In this document: positions 1 to 11,338 of the stretch, piece by piece
Layout of the letters: every line of letters begins with the position of its first letter
Position numbering within the stretch: the first letter of the stretch is position 1
Assembly (NCBI GenBank): GCA_964016885.1
Contig: CAXHJY010000018.1
Span: forward strand, 1 to 64,000
Reading direction: 5' to 3'
DNA: 64,000 nucleotides
Origin: Eledone cirrhosa
Lineage: Eukaryota
Translations under genes and position numbers: made by a program
Notes under the pieces: generated by a model
The model's input: only the letters and a program-made list of their open reading frames with translations
What the model was told of the DNA's origin: nothing
The model's database searches: none

Positions 1-3000
1 ATCTTATGTCTAGCCCTATCTAAGCTATTCCATGATTTGCTCCTGTATAGTGGGCAAATTCCTTTCATGTCCAGTTCTATGAGGGTCTTATACTTTTCCA
101 TGGCTCCTTCGTATACTCTGACTCTGTCTCTTTGGTTGTAGCCAGAGAACTGCATGCGGTTGATGAAGTGTTGGATGTGTCCTTCCATTTCTGTTGGGTC
201 GCACATGCTGGACACATTCTTCATCACTCGTACCAAATCTGCGATCAGAATATTAAACTTAGCACTACTGGACATTGCTGAGTTTTTGAGTATCAGGTAT
301 TTGGAGGCCATGGGTTTAGCATAGTGTGAGTGGAGAATTTGGGCTCTCTCGTCTATAGTGTTAATCCAGAGTTCTGTGTCTAATACAGGTAGTCTATTGT
401 TAGGGTGTTTGGAAGGGAAGTCTATAGTTACAGTTATACTCTGGTGTATGGAATTAGCTATCTGCTGGATGCTTTCCATCGTGCTACGTTCTAAATCAAA
501 CTTGTTAGTGCTCTCTAGTGGGGGTGTTCTTATAACTATATTGATATCGTCTACATAACGAGAGTACATGATGAGGTCTATGGAGCTATTATTAAGGAGA
601 TCTTTAAGTCTCCTTTCCCACCATACCATGAAAAGGTTGGCAACATCGCCAGCTATGCTGACGCCGATGGCTGCTCCCTCATTTTGGGTGTAGATTTTCT
701 CATTGAACTTAAATATGTGGCCCTTTAGGGTAGTTTTGATACTAGCCCCTATTGCATGTGCGACCATTTTTCTTACCTGATCAGTGTTTTGGGGGGTCCG
801 TATAGCTTTGGTCCACCCAATCCACCTTCCTATGGGAGTCTTTTTAGCCATTGAGGTTATGGTGGGGGGTCTACCTCTTATAGGTCTACTAGGGCAGAAA
901 CATCTAAGGTCATGGCTGTCTAGGTAGTCAGTGTCGTAGGTAAGTCTAAGTAGGAGGCCCAGTTCGTCTGTGTCGACGTCGCAGAACTCCACCTCACTCT
1001 CAATGATCATCTCCACACATCTTTTCACAGCAAAATCAATGTTAATGGATGGGTACAGTGACACCACATCCATGCTGCCTATTATGCAGTTGGATAGGCT
1101 CCTGTTTTTGTTGCACTCACTGATTCTGCTGAGGAGGTCCTCTGTACTTTCACATACATCTGGGGACATCTTGATTATGGGGCGTATAACCATTGAGAGG
1201 AAGTAGGAGATCCTGTAGTTGCTAGCTATATTAGCTCCGCATACAGGTCTTGTTGGTGGTCCTATTGTCGGGTCGTCGACTGTCTTGTGGTCTTTGCGGA
1301 GCCCATACAAGGGTGGTATGCCATTGTTAGACGCCTGGAAGTTGTTGGCAGTGCGTCTGCTTGGCTTTAGGATGTCAGTCCACATCATCATGTGAGCGTT
1401 GAGGATTTTTTCTCTCCCATCGTGTGTTAGTTGTGCAACTTCGCTCGTGTTGGTGATGTGGGGTTGCATTGCCTCGATGTAGTTCGGCATGCTATCTATT
1501 GACATCCTACCAGACTTATCTGTGGGTAGACACACTACCTCACCATCCCTTGTGCGCTGCTTGAGGCTAACCAAGCCTTCTACAGGTTTTATCCCAAGTT
1601 GTTGGGCCTCTGGTCTGCTCTGTCTCATAGTGTACCTGTCTACTACTTGTCTAATCTTATTTCTAGCTATGGTGAACTGTGCCTCCGTCTCGTCATCTAT
1701 TTGTTGTGGTATGCAAACTCTTTTATTAAAGGGTAACCTCGTAGGATAGATATTACCCATCTTATATGTTTTGTCAGCTGGGTTGAAAAATAGTTTCTCT
1801 AAGGGGTTGTCGTTATTTCTATCGTCATAGTTGTGTGTGTTGCTATTATTGTTATCATGGTGGTTGTTGTTTCTATCCTTAGCATTAATATTATTATTGT
1901 TATGATTGCTAGATGTATTGTTGTTTACTTCACCGTTATTGTTGTTGTTGTTACTGCTATTTCTACCATTGTGGTTGTTACTATTATTATGTTTCTTGTT
2001 TTTGTTGATGTTGCTACATGTACTATTTCCATTATTACCACTGTGGTTATTGTTGTTGTTGTTGTTCGTATTGTTACCGTTATTACTACTGTGGTCACTG
2101 TTGCTGTGTCTGTGGTTAACGTTTCTATTATTATTATTATTGTGGTTGTTGTTGTTCTGTCTATCGCTAGTATTATTACCATTATCACTATTTCTCACTT
2201 TCCTGCCATTGTTATGGTTATGGCTGTTATTTCTATACCCAGAGTTATTGTTTATATTACTACTACCGTTATTATTGTTGTTGTTGTTTACCTTTGCATT
2301 CCAACGTATTTTTGTGAAACACTTTTCCAGCTCCGTTTTGCATTCCATAGGATTAATCTTTTTGTAGATGGCAAATTTTGGTGGTAACTTTAGGATTTGT
2401 TGTTCTTGTTCACTGATTAAAGTGTTCCCATAGATATTTACTGTGTGGTCATTGGTAAATTCTTCCGGTAGTTTTACATCACTCATACGGATGTTGTCGA
2501 TGTTATCTGGGTATTTTTGAGAATATTCGATTTTCCTTTCTTGTAGTTTTTTCTTATTCATCCATTCTAATTTCTTCTTGAAATGCCTACAGCATTCGTT
2601 TTGAGCATATTTCGTTTCGCGTCGGATGACGCTCATGAAGTCATCTCTCTCGTTTGCTGTGATGAGATTTCGGATTTCCTTACCGTTGATGCGTTTTTGT
2701 CTGTAGAGTGCGTTGACTTTTGTGTATGTTGTTCTTTTCATATTAACTGTTATTGTGTGTTTTAGCCGTTCAGCTTGTGTTTTGTTCAATAATAAATTAT
2801 TTACTTGTTTTGATATGTTTGTTGTGTATGTTTTGGAGGAAACACAGTGTTTTAAGAAGCGGATTTGTTCTGTTGTTATTGTAGTTTTTATATAACAGAA
2901 AACAGTGTCTTTCAATAACCTTTCAGCTTGGCACAAGCTAATGCCATAGCGGCGATGAATTAGTTTTGCGAGGTTTTTTATATGAAATCGTGTGTCGAAA

Positions 3001-3029
3001 CAGATATTGTTATATTTGGGGAGGGTCAT
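1..3029 (-). CDS. PLE family A RT/GIY-YIG polyprotein, cut by the window edge
   Basis: ATG (cat at 3027-3029) begins [10 protein letters not shown]; reverse complement of 7398-10426, open to position 1. Confidence 0.9.
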   Translation of the reverse strand, partial: MTLPKYNNICFDTRFHIKNLAKLIHRRYGISLCQAERLLKDTVFCYIKTTITTEQIRFLKHCVSSKTYTTNISKQVNNLLLNKTQAERLKHTITVNMKRTTYTKVNALYRQKRINGKEIRNLITANERDDFMSVIRRETKYAQNECCRHFKKKLEWMNKKKLQERKIEYSQKYPDNIDNIRMSDVKLPEEFTNDHTVNIYGNTLISEQEQQILKLPPKFAIYKKINPMECKTELEKCFTKIRWNAKVNNNNNNNGSSNINNNSGYRNNSHNHNNGRKVRNSDNGNNTSDRQNNNNHNNNNNRNVNHRHSNSDHSSNNGNNTNNNNNNNHSGNNGNSTCSNINKNKKHNNSNNHNGRNSSNNNNNNGEVNNNTSSNHNNNNINAKDRNNNHHDNNNSNTHNYDDRNNDNPLEKLFFNPADKTYKMGNIYPTRLPFNKRVCIPQQIDDETEAQFTIARNKIRQVVDRYTMRQSRPEAQQLGIKPVEGLVSLKQRTRDGEVVCLPTDKSGRMSIDSMPNYIEAMQPHITNTSEVAQLTHDGREKILNAHMMMWTDILKPSRRTANNFQASNNGIPPLYGLRKDHKTVDDPTIGPPTRPVCGANIASNYRISYFLSMVIRPIIKMSPDVCESTEDLLSRISECNKNRSLSNCIIGSMDVVSLYPSINIDFAVKRCVEMIIESEVEFCDVDTDELGLLLRLTYDTDYLDSHDLRCFCPSRPIRGRPPTITSMAKKTPIGRWIGWTKAIRTPQNTDQVRKMVAHAIGASIKTTLKGHIFKFNEKIYTQNEGAAIGVSIAGDVANLFMVWWERRLKDLLNNSSIDLIMYSRYVDDINIVIRTPPLESTNKFDLERSTMESIQQIANSIHQSITVTIDFPSKHPNNRLPVLDTELWINTIDERAQILHSHYAKPMASKYLILKNSAMSSSAKFNILIADLVRVMKNVSSMCDPTEMEGHIQHFINRMQFSGYNQRDRVRVYEGAMEKYKTLIELDMKGICPLYRSKSWNSLDRARHK

Positions 3030-3215
3030 ATTTGCGTAATATTGCCAGAATTAATAACAGAACACACTCACTGTTTGGTTGGTTTTCGCTTCTCGCTGTC
3101 TTTTATATATATGTATCTGCGATCTAACTTACTCGGTCCTCAATGTTGCCATTGACTGACCGGCGGTCAAAAATAATACAGATACAATATAGACAAACAC
3201 ATATATATATAGTTT

Positions 3216-3256
3216 ACATAAATCTTTCGTTGCACATCTGCAACATCGTCAGTGGT
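3216..3256 (-). ncRNA. Minimal type I hammerhead ribozyme motif (family A pLTR)
   Basis: Reverse complement of CTGACGA-T-GTTGCA-GATG-TGCAAC-GAAA-GATT-TA. Confidence 0.6.
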
Positions 3257-3526
3257 GTTATATTCATTGTTCCTCCTGTTGTGTTGTATGTCTACGCCAT
3301 TTTTTTTTTGTTCAGTCTGTCTATATATTTATTTATTTATTTGCTTGTTTGTTTATCTTATTTTATTTTGTCTTCTTTGCGCATGCGTTTGCGTGTGTGT
3401 ATAGTGTTATGTGTGATGTGTGACTAGTGTGTATAGTGTTGTGTCTGCTGGGTGACTAGTGTGTGTTTATGTGCTTGTGTATGTATTTATTTATCTTATT
3501 TTATTTAATTTAATTTACTTATTTAT

Positions 3527-4333
3527 TTATACTTCTCTTAGGTCAGTGTTGTTTGTTTGGGTGTTGTTGTTGTTCCACTCATTCTTTCTGTTTAGCTTTG
3601 GTCTTCTAATTTCTATTTCACTGGCCTCTCTGATTTGCCTATCTGCTGGGTCATTCCTATGTTTAGATATTATTCTAATTTCTATGTTGTCTATGTTACC
3701 GTCATGATGTTGTCTAGCATGTTCGTATAGTACTGACCCGTTTTTTCGTCCTTTTAGTTCCCCCCAGTGTTGGTCTATCCTTTCACCTATGCTACGAGCT
3801 GTCTCACCTATGTATGTTGTTGTCGTGTTTCTGCAAGTACCCTCTGTACATCTTATGCTATAGACTACGTTTCTAGTTTTACAGTTTATCCGGGGGTTCA
3901 CCTTACATATGATACATTTCCTATTGGTACAGTGGGTTTTCTTAAAAGGGTAGGTTTTGCTGATCAGGGATTTTATGGTGGTTCCTGGCTTTTCTACCAC
4001 CTTTATTTTTAAGTGGGTCTTTCTCAGGGCCTTTCTACACTGGTTAGCTAATTTCCCTCCAGGGGTGGCGTCCACAAACATGACACTCTGATATCTCTGG
4101 TTGTCGTACCATGATGTGGCCTTCCCTATCTTATGTCTAGCCCTATCTAAGCTATTCCATGATTTGCTCCTGTATAGTGGGCAAATTCCTTTCATGTCCA
4201 GTTCTATGAGGGTCTTATACTTTTCCATGGCTCCTTCGTATACTCTGACTCTGTCTCTTTGGTTGTAGCCAGAGAACTGCATGCGGTTGATGAAGTGTTG
4301 GATGTGTCCTTCCATTTCTGTTGGGTCGCACAT
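3527..4333 (-). CDS. 5'-truncated PLE ORF: end of thumb, Cys linker and GIY-YIG endonuclease (starts MCDPTEM)
   Basis: Identical to the C-terminus of the 1209-aa ORF; truncated at the inversion junction. Confidence 0.6.
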   Translation of the reverse strand: MCDPTEMEGHIQHFINRMQFSGYNQRDRVRVYEGAMEKYKTLIELDMKGICPLYRSKSWNSLDRARHKIGKATSWYDNQRYQSVMFVDATPGGKLANQCRKALRKTHLKIKVVEKPGTTIKSLISKTYPFKKTHCTNRKCIICKVNPRINCKTRNVVYSIRCTEGTCRNTTTTYIGETARSIGERIDQHWGELKGRKNGSVLYEHARQHHDGNIDNIEIRIISKHRNDPADRQIREASEIEIRRPKLNRKNEWNNNNTQTNNTDLREV

Positions 4334-6901
4334 GGTAGAAATAGCAGTAACAACAACAACAATAACGGTGAAGTAAACAACAATACATCTAGCAATCATA
4401 ACAATAATAATATTAATGCTAAGGATAGAAACAACAACCACCATGATAACAATAATAGCAACACACACAACTATGACGATAGAAATAACGACAACCCCTT
4501 AGAGAAACTATTTTTCAACCCAGCTGACAAAACATATAAGATGGGTAATATCTATCCTACGAGGTTACCCTTTAATAAAAGAGTTTGCATACCACAACAA
4601 ATAGATGACGAGACGGAGGCACAGTTCACCATAGCTAGAAATAAGATTAGACAAGTAGTAGACAGGTACACTATGAGACAGAGCAGACCAGAGGCCCAAC
4701 AACTTGGGATAAAACCTGTAGAAGGCTTGGTTAGCCTCAAGCAGCGCACAAGGGATGGTGAGGTAGTGTGTCTACCCACAGATAAGTCTGGTAGGATGTC
4801 AATAGATAGCATGCCGAACTACATCGAGGCAATGCAACCCCACATCACCAACACGAGCGAAGTTGCACAACTAACACACGATGGGAGAGAAAAAATCCTC
4901 AACGCTCACATGATGATGTGGACTGACATCCTAAAGCCAAGCAGACGCACTGCCAACAACTTCCAGGCGTCTAACAATGGCATACCACCCTTGTATGGGC
5001 TCCGCAAAGACCACAAGACAGTCGACGACCCGACAATAGGACCACCAACAAGACCTGTATGCGGAGCTAATATAGCTAGCAACTACAGGATCTCCTACTT
5101 CCTCTCAATGGTTATACGCCCCATAATCAAGATGTCCCCAGATGTATGTGAAAGTACAGAGGACCTCCTCAGCAGAATCAGTGAGTGCAACAAAAACAGG
5201 AGCCTATCCAACTGCATAATAGGCAGCATGGATGTGGTGTCACTGTACCCATCCATTAACATTGATTTTGCTGTGAAAAGATGTGTGGAGATGATCATTG
5301 AGAGTGAGGTGGAGTTCTGCGACGTCGACACAGACGAACTGGGCCTCCTACTTAGACTTACCTACGACACTGACTACCTAGACAGCCATGACCTTAGATG
5401 TTTCTGCCCTAGTAGACCTATAAGAGGTAGACCCCCCACCATAACCTCAATGGCTAAAAAGACTCCCATAGGAAGGTGGATTGGGTGGACCAAAGCTATA
5501 CGGACCCCCCAAAACACTGATCAGGTAAGAAAAATGGTCGCACATGCAATAGGGGCTAGTATCAAAACTACCCTAAAGGGCCACATATTTAAGTTCAATG
5601 AGAAAATCTACACCCAAAATGAGGGAGCAGCCATCGGCGTCAGCATAGCTGGCGATGTTGCCAACCTTTTCATGGTATGGTGGGAAAGGAGACTTAAAGA
5701 TCTCCTTAATAATAGCTCCATAGACCTCATCATGTACTCTCGTTATGTAGACGATATCAATATAGTTATAAGAACACCCCCACTAGAGAGCACTAACAAG
5801 TTTGATTTAGAACGTAGCACGATGGAAAGCATCCAGCAGATAGCTAATTCCATACACCAGAGTATAACTGTAACTATAGACTTCCCTTCCAAACACCCTA
5901 ACAATAGACTACCTGTATTAGACACAGAACTCTGGATTAACACTATAGACGAGAGAGCCCAAATTCTCCACTCACACTATGCTAAACCCATGGCCTCCAA
6001 ATACCTGATACTCAAAAACTCAGCAATGTCCAGTAGTGCTAAGTTTAATATTCTGATCGCAGATTTGGTACGAGTGATGAAGAATGTGTCCAGCATGTGC
6101 GACCCAACAGAAATGGAAGGACACATCCAACACTTCATCAACCGCATGCAGTTCTCTGGCTACAACCAAAGAGACAGAGTCAGAGTATACGAAGGAGCCA
6201 TGGAAAAGTATAAGACCCTCATAGAACTGGACATGAAAGGAATTTGCCCACTATACAGGAGCAAATCATGGAATAGCTTAGATAGGGCTAGACATAAGAT
6301 AGGGAAGGCCACATCATGGTACGACAACCAGAGATATCAGAGTGTCATGTTTGTGGACGCCACCCCTGGAGGGAAATTAGCTAACCAGTGTAGAAAGGCC
6401 CTGAGAAAGACCCACTTAAAAATAAAGGTGGTAGAAAAGCCAGGAACCACCATAAAATCCCTGATCAGCAAAACCTACCCTTTTAAGAAAACCCACTGTA
6501 CCAATAGGAAATGTATCATATGTAAGGTGAACCCCCGGATAAACTGTAAAACTAGAAACGTAGTCTATAGCATAAGATGTACAGAGGGTACTTGCAGAAA
6601 CACGACAACAACATACATAGGTGAGACAGCTCGTAGCATAGGTGAAAGGATAGACCAACACTGGGGGGAACTAAAAGGACGAAAAAACGGGTCAGTACTA
6701 TACGAACATGCTAGACAACATCATGACGGTAACATAGACAACATAGAAATTAGAATAATATCTAAACATAGGAATGACCCAGCAGATAGGCAAATCAGAG
6801 AGGCCAGTGAAATAGAAATTAGAAGACCAAAGCTAAACAGAAAGAATGAGTGGAACAACAACAACACCCAAACAAACAACACTGACCTAAGAGAAGTATA
6901 A
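4332..6901 (+). pseudogene. 5'-truncated copy of the PLE ORF (from within the Asn-rich region through RT and GIY-YIG)
   Basis: Identical to the 1209-aa ORF from ...GRNSSNNN onward; the upstream residues in the ORF track come from the inverted arm. Confidence 0.85.
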
Positions 6902-7040
6902 ATAAATAAGTAAATTAAATTAAATAAAATAAGATAAATAAATACATACACAAGCACATAAACACACACTAGTCACCCAGCAGACACAACACTATACACA
7001 CTAATCACACATCACACATAACACTATACACACACGCAAA

Positions 7041-7132
7041 CGCATGCGCAAAGAAGACAAAATAAAATAAGATAAACAAACAAACAAATAAATAAATAAA
7101 TATATAGACAGACTGAACAAAAAAAAATGGCG
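7041..7132 (+). promoter_or_regulatory. Candidate pLTR promoter motifs: NRF1-like CGCATGCGCA and YY1-like AAAATGGCG (present in every unit)
   Basis: Motifs at 7041-7050 and 7124-7132; the same motifs occur in the same order in the otherwise divergent family B pLTR. Confidence 0.45.
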
Positions 7133-7170
7133 TAGACATACAACACAACAGGAGGAACAATGAATATAAC

Positions 7171-7212
7171 ACCACTGACGATGTTGCAGATGTGCAACGA
7201 AAGATTTATGTA
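7171..7212 (+). ncRNA. Minimal type I hammerhead ribozyme motif (family A pLTR)
   Basis: CTGACGA core, stem II GTTGCA/TGCAAC, GAAA, self-complementary AGATTT (with G.U), UA cleavage site; proximal stem I weak (CA/UG). Same position as the clearer family B motif. Confidence 0.65.
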
Positions 7213-7397
7213 AACTATATATATATGTGTTTGTCTATATTGTATCTGTATTATTTTTGACCGCCGGTCAGTCAATGGCAACATTGAGGACCGAGTAAGT
7301 TAGATCGCAGATACATATATATAAAAGACAGCGAGAAGCGAAAACCAACCAAACAGTGAGTGTGTTCTGTTATTAATTCTGGCAATATTACGCAAAT

Positions 7398-10300
7398 ATG
7401 ACCCTCCCCAAATATAACAATATCTGTTTCGACACACGATTTCATATAAAAAACCTCGCAAAACTAATTCATCGCCGCTATGGCATTAGCTTGTGCCAAG
7501 CTGAAAGGTTATTGAAAGACACTGTTTTCTGTTATATAAAAACTACAATAACAACAGAACAAATCCGCTTCTTAAAACACTGTGTTTCCTCCAAAACATA
7601 CACAACAAACATATCAAAACAAGTAAATAATTTATTATTGAACAAAACACAAGCTGAACGGCTAAAACACACAATAACAGTTAATATGAAAAGAACAACA
7701 TACACAAAAGTCAACGCACTCTACAGACAAAAACGCATCAACGGTAAGGAAATCCGAAATCTCATCACAGCAAACGAGAGAGATGACTTCATGAGCGTCA
7801 TCCGACGCGAAACGAAATATGCTCAAAACGAATGCTGTAGGCATTTCAAGAAGAAATTAGAATGGATGAATAAGAAAAAACTACAAGAAAGGAAAATCGA
7901 ATATTCTCAAAAATACCCAGATAACATCGACAACATCCGTATGAGTGATGTAAAACTACCGGAAGAATTTACCAATGACCACACAGTAAATATCTATGGG
8001 AACACTTTAATCAGTGAACAAGAACAACAAATCCTAAAGTTACCACCAAAATTTGCCATCTACAAAAAGATTAATCCTATGGAATGCAAAACGGAGCTGG
8101 AAAAGTGTTTCACAAAAATACGTTGGAATGCAAAGGTAAACAACAACAACAATAATAACGGTAGTAGTAATATAAACAATAACTCTGGGTATAGAAATAA
8201 CAGCCATAACCATAACAATGGCAGGAAAGTGAGAAATAGTGATAATGGTAATAATACTAGCGATAGACAGAACAACAACAACCACAATAATAATAATAAT
8301 AGAAACGTTAACCACAGACACAGCAACAGTGACCACAGTAGTAATAACGGTAACAATACGAACAACAACAACAACAATAACCACAGTGGTAATAATGGAA
8401 ATAGTACATGTAGCAACATCAACAAAAACAAGAAACATAATAATAGTAACAACCACAATGGTAGAAATAGCAGTAACAACAACAACAATAACGGTGAAGT
8501 AAACAACAATACATCTAGCAATCATAACAATAATAATATTAATGCTAAGGATAGAAACAACAACCACCATGATAACAATAATAGCAACACACACAACTAT
8601 GACGATAGAAATAACGACAACCCCTTAGAGAAACTATTTTTCAACCCAGCTGACAAAACATATAAGATGGGTAATATCTATCCTACGAGGTTACCCTTTA
8701 ATAAAAGAGTTTGCATACCACAACAAATAGATGACGAGACGGAGGCACAGTTCACCATAGCTAGAAATAAGATTAGACAAGTAGTAGACAGGTACACTAT
8801 GAGACAGAGCAGACCAGAGGCCCAACAACTTGGGATAAAACCTGTAGAAGGCTTGGTTAGCCTCAAGCAGCGCACAAGGGATGGTGAGGTAGTGTGTCTA
8901 CCCACAGATAAGTCTGGTAGGATGTCAATAGATAGCATGCCGAACTACATCGAGGCAATGCAACCCCACATCACCAACACGAGCGAAGTTGCACAACTAA
9001 CACACGATGGGAGAGAAAAAATCCTCAACGCTCACATGATGATGTGGACTGACATCCTAAAGCCAAGCAGACGCACTGCCAACAACTTCCAGGCGTCTAA
9101 CAATGGCATACCACCCTTGTATGGGCTCCGCAAAGACCACAAGACAGTCGACGACCCGACAATAGGACCACCAACAAGACCTGTATGCGGAGCTAATATA
9201 GCTAGCAACTACAGGATCTCCTACTTCCTCTCAATGGTTATACGCCCCATAATCAAGATGTCCCCAGATGTATGTGAAAGTACAGAGGACCTCCTCAGCA
9301 GAATCAGTGAGTGCAACAAAAACAGGAGCCTATCCAACTGCATAATAGGCAGCATGGATGTGGTGTCACTGTACCCATCCATTAACATTGATTTTGCTGT
9401 GAAAAGATGTGTGGAGATGATCATTGAGAGTGAGGTGGAGTTCTGCGACGTCGACACAGACGAACTGGGCCTCCTACTTAGACTTACCTACGACACTGAC
9501 TACCTAGACAGCCATGACCTTAGATGTTTCTGCCCTAGTAGACCTATAAGAGGTAGACCCCCCACCATAACCTCAATGGCTAAAAAGACTCCCATAGGAA
9601 GGTGGATTGGGTGGACCAAAGCTATACGGACCCCCCAAAACACTGATCAGGTAAGAAAAATGGTCGCACATGCAATAGGGGCTAGTATCAAAACTACCCT
9701 AAAGGGCCACATATTTAAGTTCAATGAGAAAATCTACACCCAAAATGAGGGAGCAGCCATCGGCGTCAGCATAGCTGGCGATGTTGCCAACCTTTTCATG
9801 GTATGGTGGGAAAGGAGACTTAAAGATCTCCTTAATAATAGCTCCATAGACCTCATCATGTACTCTCGTTATGTAGACGATATCAATATAGTTATAAGAA
9901 CACCCCCACTAGAGAGCACTAACAAGTTTGATTTAGAACGTAGCACGATGGAAAGCATCCAGCAGATAGCTAATTCCATACACCAGAGTATAACTGTAAC
10001 TATAGACTTCCCTTCCAAACACCCTAACAATAGACTACCTGTATTAGACACAGAACTCTGGATTAACACTATAGACGAGAGAGCCCAAATTCTCCACTCA
10101 CACTATGCTAAACCCATGGCCTCCAAATACCTGATACTCAAAAACTCAGCAATGTCCAGTAGTGCTAAGTTTAATATTCTGATCGCAGATTTGGTACGAG
10201 TGATGAAGAATGTGTCCAGCATGTGCGACCCAACAGAAATGGAAGGACACATCCAACACTTCATCAACCGCATGCAGTTCTCTGGCTACAACCAAAGAGA

Positions 10301-11027
10301 CAGAGTCAGAGTATACGAAGGAGCCATGGAAAAGTATAAGACCCTCATAGAACTGGACATGAAAGGAATTTGCCCACTATACAGGAGCAAATCATGGAAT
10401 AGCTTAGATAGGGCTAGACATAAGATAGGGAAGGCCACATCATGGTACGACAACCAGAGATATCAGAGTGTCATGTTTGTGGACGCCACCCCTGGAGGGA
10501 AATTAGCTAACCAGTGTAGAAAGGCCCTGAGAAAGACCCACTTAAAAATAAAGGTGGTAGAAAAGCCAGGAACCACCATAAAATCCCTGATCAGCAAAAC
10601 CTACCCTTTTAAGAAAACCCACTGTACCAATAGGAAATGTATCATATGTAAGGTGAACCCCCGGATAAACTGTAAAACTAGAAACGTAGTCTATAGCATA
10701 AGATGTACAGAGGGTACTTGCAGAAACACGACAACAACATACATAGGTGAGACAGCTCGTAGCATAGGTGAAAGGATAGACCAACACTGGGGGGAACTAA
10801 AAGGACGAAAAAACGGGTCAGTACTATACGAACATGCTAGACAACATCATGACGGTAACATAGACAACATAGAAATTAGAATAATATCTAAACATAGGAA
10901 TGACCCAGCAGATAGGCAAATCAGAGAGGCCAGTGAAATAGAAATTAGAAGACCAAAGCTAAACAGAAAGAATGAGTGGAACAACAACAACACCCAAACA
11001 AACAACACTGACCTAAGAGAAGTATAA
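7398..11027 (+). CDS. Penelope-like retrotransposon polyprotein, 1209 aa: N-terminal domain, Asn-rich insert, reverse transcriptase, Cys linker, C-terminal GIY-YIG endonuclease
   Basis: RT motifs LYGLRKDHK, RPV, SMDVVSLYPSI, QNEGAAIG, SRYVDD, LPVLD; linker CTNRKCIIC...C; endonuclease NVVY..C....C...YIGET.R...R...H...H...E...LNR. Confidence 0.97.
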   Translation: MTLPKYNNICFDTRFHIKNLAKLIHRRYGISLCQAERLLKDTVFCYIKTTITTEQIRFLKHCVSSKTYTTNISKQVNNLLLNKTQAERLKHTITVNMKRTTYTKVNALYRQKRINGKEIRNLITANERDDFMSVIRRETKYAQNECCRHFKKKLEWMNKKKLQERKIEYSQKYPDNIDNIRMSDVKLPEEFTNDHTVNIYGNTLISEQEQQILKLPPKFAIYKKINPMECKTELEKCFTKIRWNAKVNNNNNNNGSSNINNNSGYRNNSHNHNNGRKVRNSDNGNNTSDRQNNNNHNNNNNRNVNHRHSNSDHSSNNGNNTNNNNNNNHSGNNGNSTCSNINKNKKHNNSNNHNGRNSSNNNNNNGEVNNNTSSNHNNNNINAKDRNNNHHDNNNSNTHNYDDRNNDNPLEKLFFNPADKTYKMGNIYPTRLPFNKRVCIPQQIDDETEAQFTIARNKIRQVVDRYTMRQSRPEAQQLGIKPVEGLVSLKQRTRDGEVVCLPTDKSGRMSIDSMPNYIEAMQPHITNTSEVAQLTHDGREKILNAHMMMWTDILKPSRRTANNFQASNNGIPPLYGLRKDHKTVDDPTIGPPTRPVCGANIASNYRISYFLSMVIRPIIKMSPDVCESTEDLLSRISECNKNRSLSNCIIGSMDVVSLYPSINIDFAVKRCVEMIIESEVEFCDVDTDELGLLLRLTYDTDYLDSHDLRCFCPSRPIRGRPPTITSMAKKTPIGRWIGWTKAIRTPQNTDQVRKMVAHAIGASIKTTLKGHIFKFNEKIYTQNEGAAIGVSIAGDVANLFMVWWERRLKDLLNNSSIDLIMYSRYVDDINIVIRTPPLESTNKFDLERSTMESIQQIANSIHQSITVTIDFPSKHPNNRLPVLDTELWINTIDERAQILHSHYAKPMASKYLILKNSAMSSSAKFNILIADLVRVMKNVSSMCDPTEMEGHIQHFINRMQFSGYNQRDRVRVYEGAMEKYKTLIELDMKGICPLYRSKSWNSLDRARHKIGKATSWYDNQRYQSVMFVDATPGGKLANQCRKALRKTHLKIKVVEKPGTTIKSLISKTYPFKKTHCTNRKCIICKVNPRINCKTRNVVYSIRCTEGTCRNTTTTYIGETARSIGERIDQHWGELKGRKNGSVLYEHARQHHDGNIDNIEIRIISKHRNDPADRQIREASEIEIRRPKLNRKNEWNNNNTQTNNTDLREV

Positions 11028-11296
11028 ATAAATAAGTAAATTAAATTAAATAAAATAAGATAAATAAATACATACACAAGCACATAAACACACACTAGTC
11101 ACCCAGCAGACACAACACTATACACACTAGTCACACATCACACATAACACTATACACACACGCAAACGCATGCGCAAAGAAGACAAAATAAAATAAGATA
11201 AACAAACAAGCAAATAAATAAATAAATATATAGACAGACTGAACAAAAAAAAATGGCGTAGACATACAACACAACAGGAGGAACAATGAATATAAC

Positions 11297-11338
11297 ACCA
11301 CTGACGATGTTGCAGATGTGCAACGAAAGATTTATGTA
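11297..11338 (+). ncRNA. Minimal type I hammerhead ribozyme motif (family A pLTR)
   Basis: Identical to 7171-7212. Confidence 0.65.

Larger units (their letters stand above)
1..4334 (-). mobile_element. Penelope-like element family A, minus-strand arm of the array (3' fragment 3527-4334, pLTR/UTR 3030-3526, next unit running off the window)
   Basis: Near-exact reverse complement of 6094-10426; ORF-track entries mirror each other (e.g. 358..558 vs 9869..10069). Confidence 0.95.

Noticed and set aside
4259-4331. Novel N-terminus of the 880-aa ORF
   Set aside because: Non-ATG start in the antisense of the inverted arm; a chance in-frame fusion.
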